Assembly: GCA_963770565.1 (NCBI GenBank)
Contig: CAVYQE010000011.1
Coordinates: forward strand, 96,001 to 160,000
From: an uncultured Actinomycetota bacterium
GTDB taxonomy: Bacteria > Actinomycetota > Actinomycetes > JAFAQI01
Reading direction: 5' to 3'
Length of the DNA stretch: 64,000 nucleotides
Under the pieces are notes generated by a model that was not told where the DNA came from, did no database searches, and worked only from the letters and a program-made list of their open reading frames with translations. Position 1 is the first letter of the stretch; the number at the start of each line of letters is the position of its first letter. The position numbers were made by a program, and so were the translations under genes. Of the stretch, positions 63,999-64,000 are shown piece by piece.

Positions 63999-64000
63999 CC

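Noticed and set aside
1-64000. Hundreds of long overlapping or antisense ORFs in the track (for example 58700-60718 -, 9506-11224 -, 35745-37550 +)
   Set aside because: These are Arg/Pro/Gly-rich shadow frames of real genes, as expected at high GC, and carry no recognisable motifs.

Overview
High-GC window that reads as actinobacterial, judged from gene content and protein families. It holds about 62 real CDSs. Most other ORFs in the track are GC-rich shadow frames. I found no tRNA, rRNA, CRISPR array, integrase or transposase. From left to right: (1) a polyamine-type ABC transporter, a BetI-like TetR regulator and amine/acyl-CoA oxidation genes linked by a shared 20-bp palindromic operator; (2) a TrmH methylase, a candidate ~190-nt structured sRNA with a DnaA-box-like cluster, and a NiCoT transporter; (3) an acyl-CoA dehydrogenase/MaoC/CitE cluster; (4) a 9-gene gamma-glutamylation-type amine catabolic operon; (5) a hopanoid cluster (hpnCDE, polyprenyl synthase, shc, fused hpnG-ispH, hpnH, hpnO); (6) a tasA-like / LamG-inserted tasA-like / sipW fibre operon; (7) a two-component system; (8) an XRE-HTH-TPR regulator convergent with a 58-aa secreted peptide ending in DDWCC, a candidate RRNPP-like peptide-signalling system; (9) a cNMP-TrxR/zf-UBP pair, a REP-like palindrome, a dksA-like gene, sdaA, secreted phosphoesterase and beta-propeller genes, and an acyl-CoA synthetase. 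All calls come from motif recognition by eye and no database searches were run. Start codons were adjusted by RBS or gene overlap and are uncertain.
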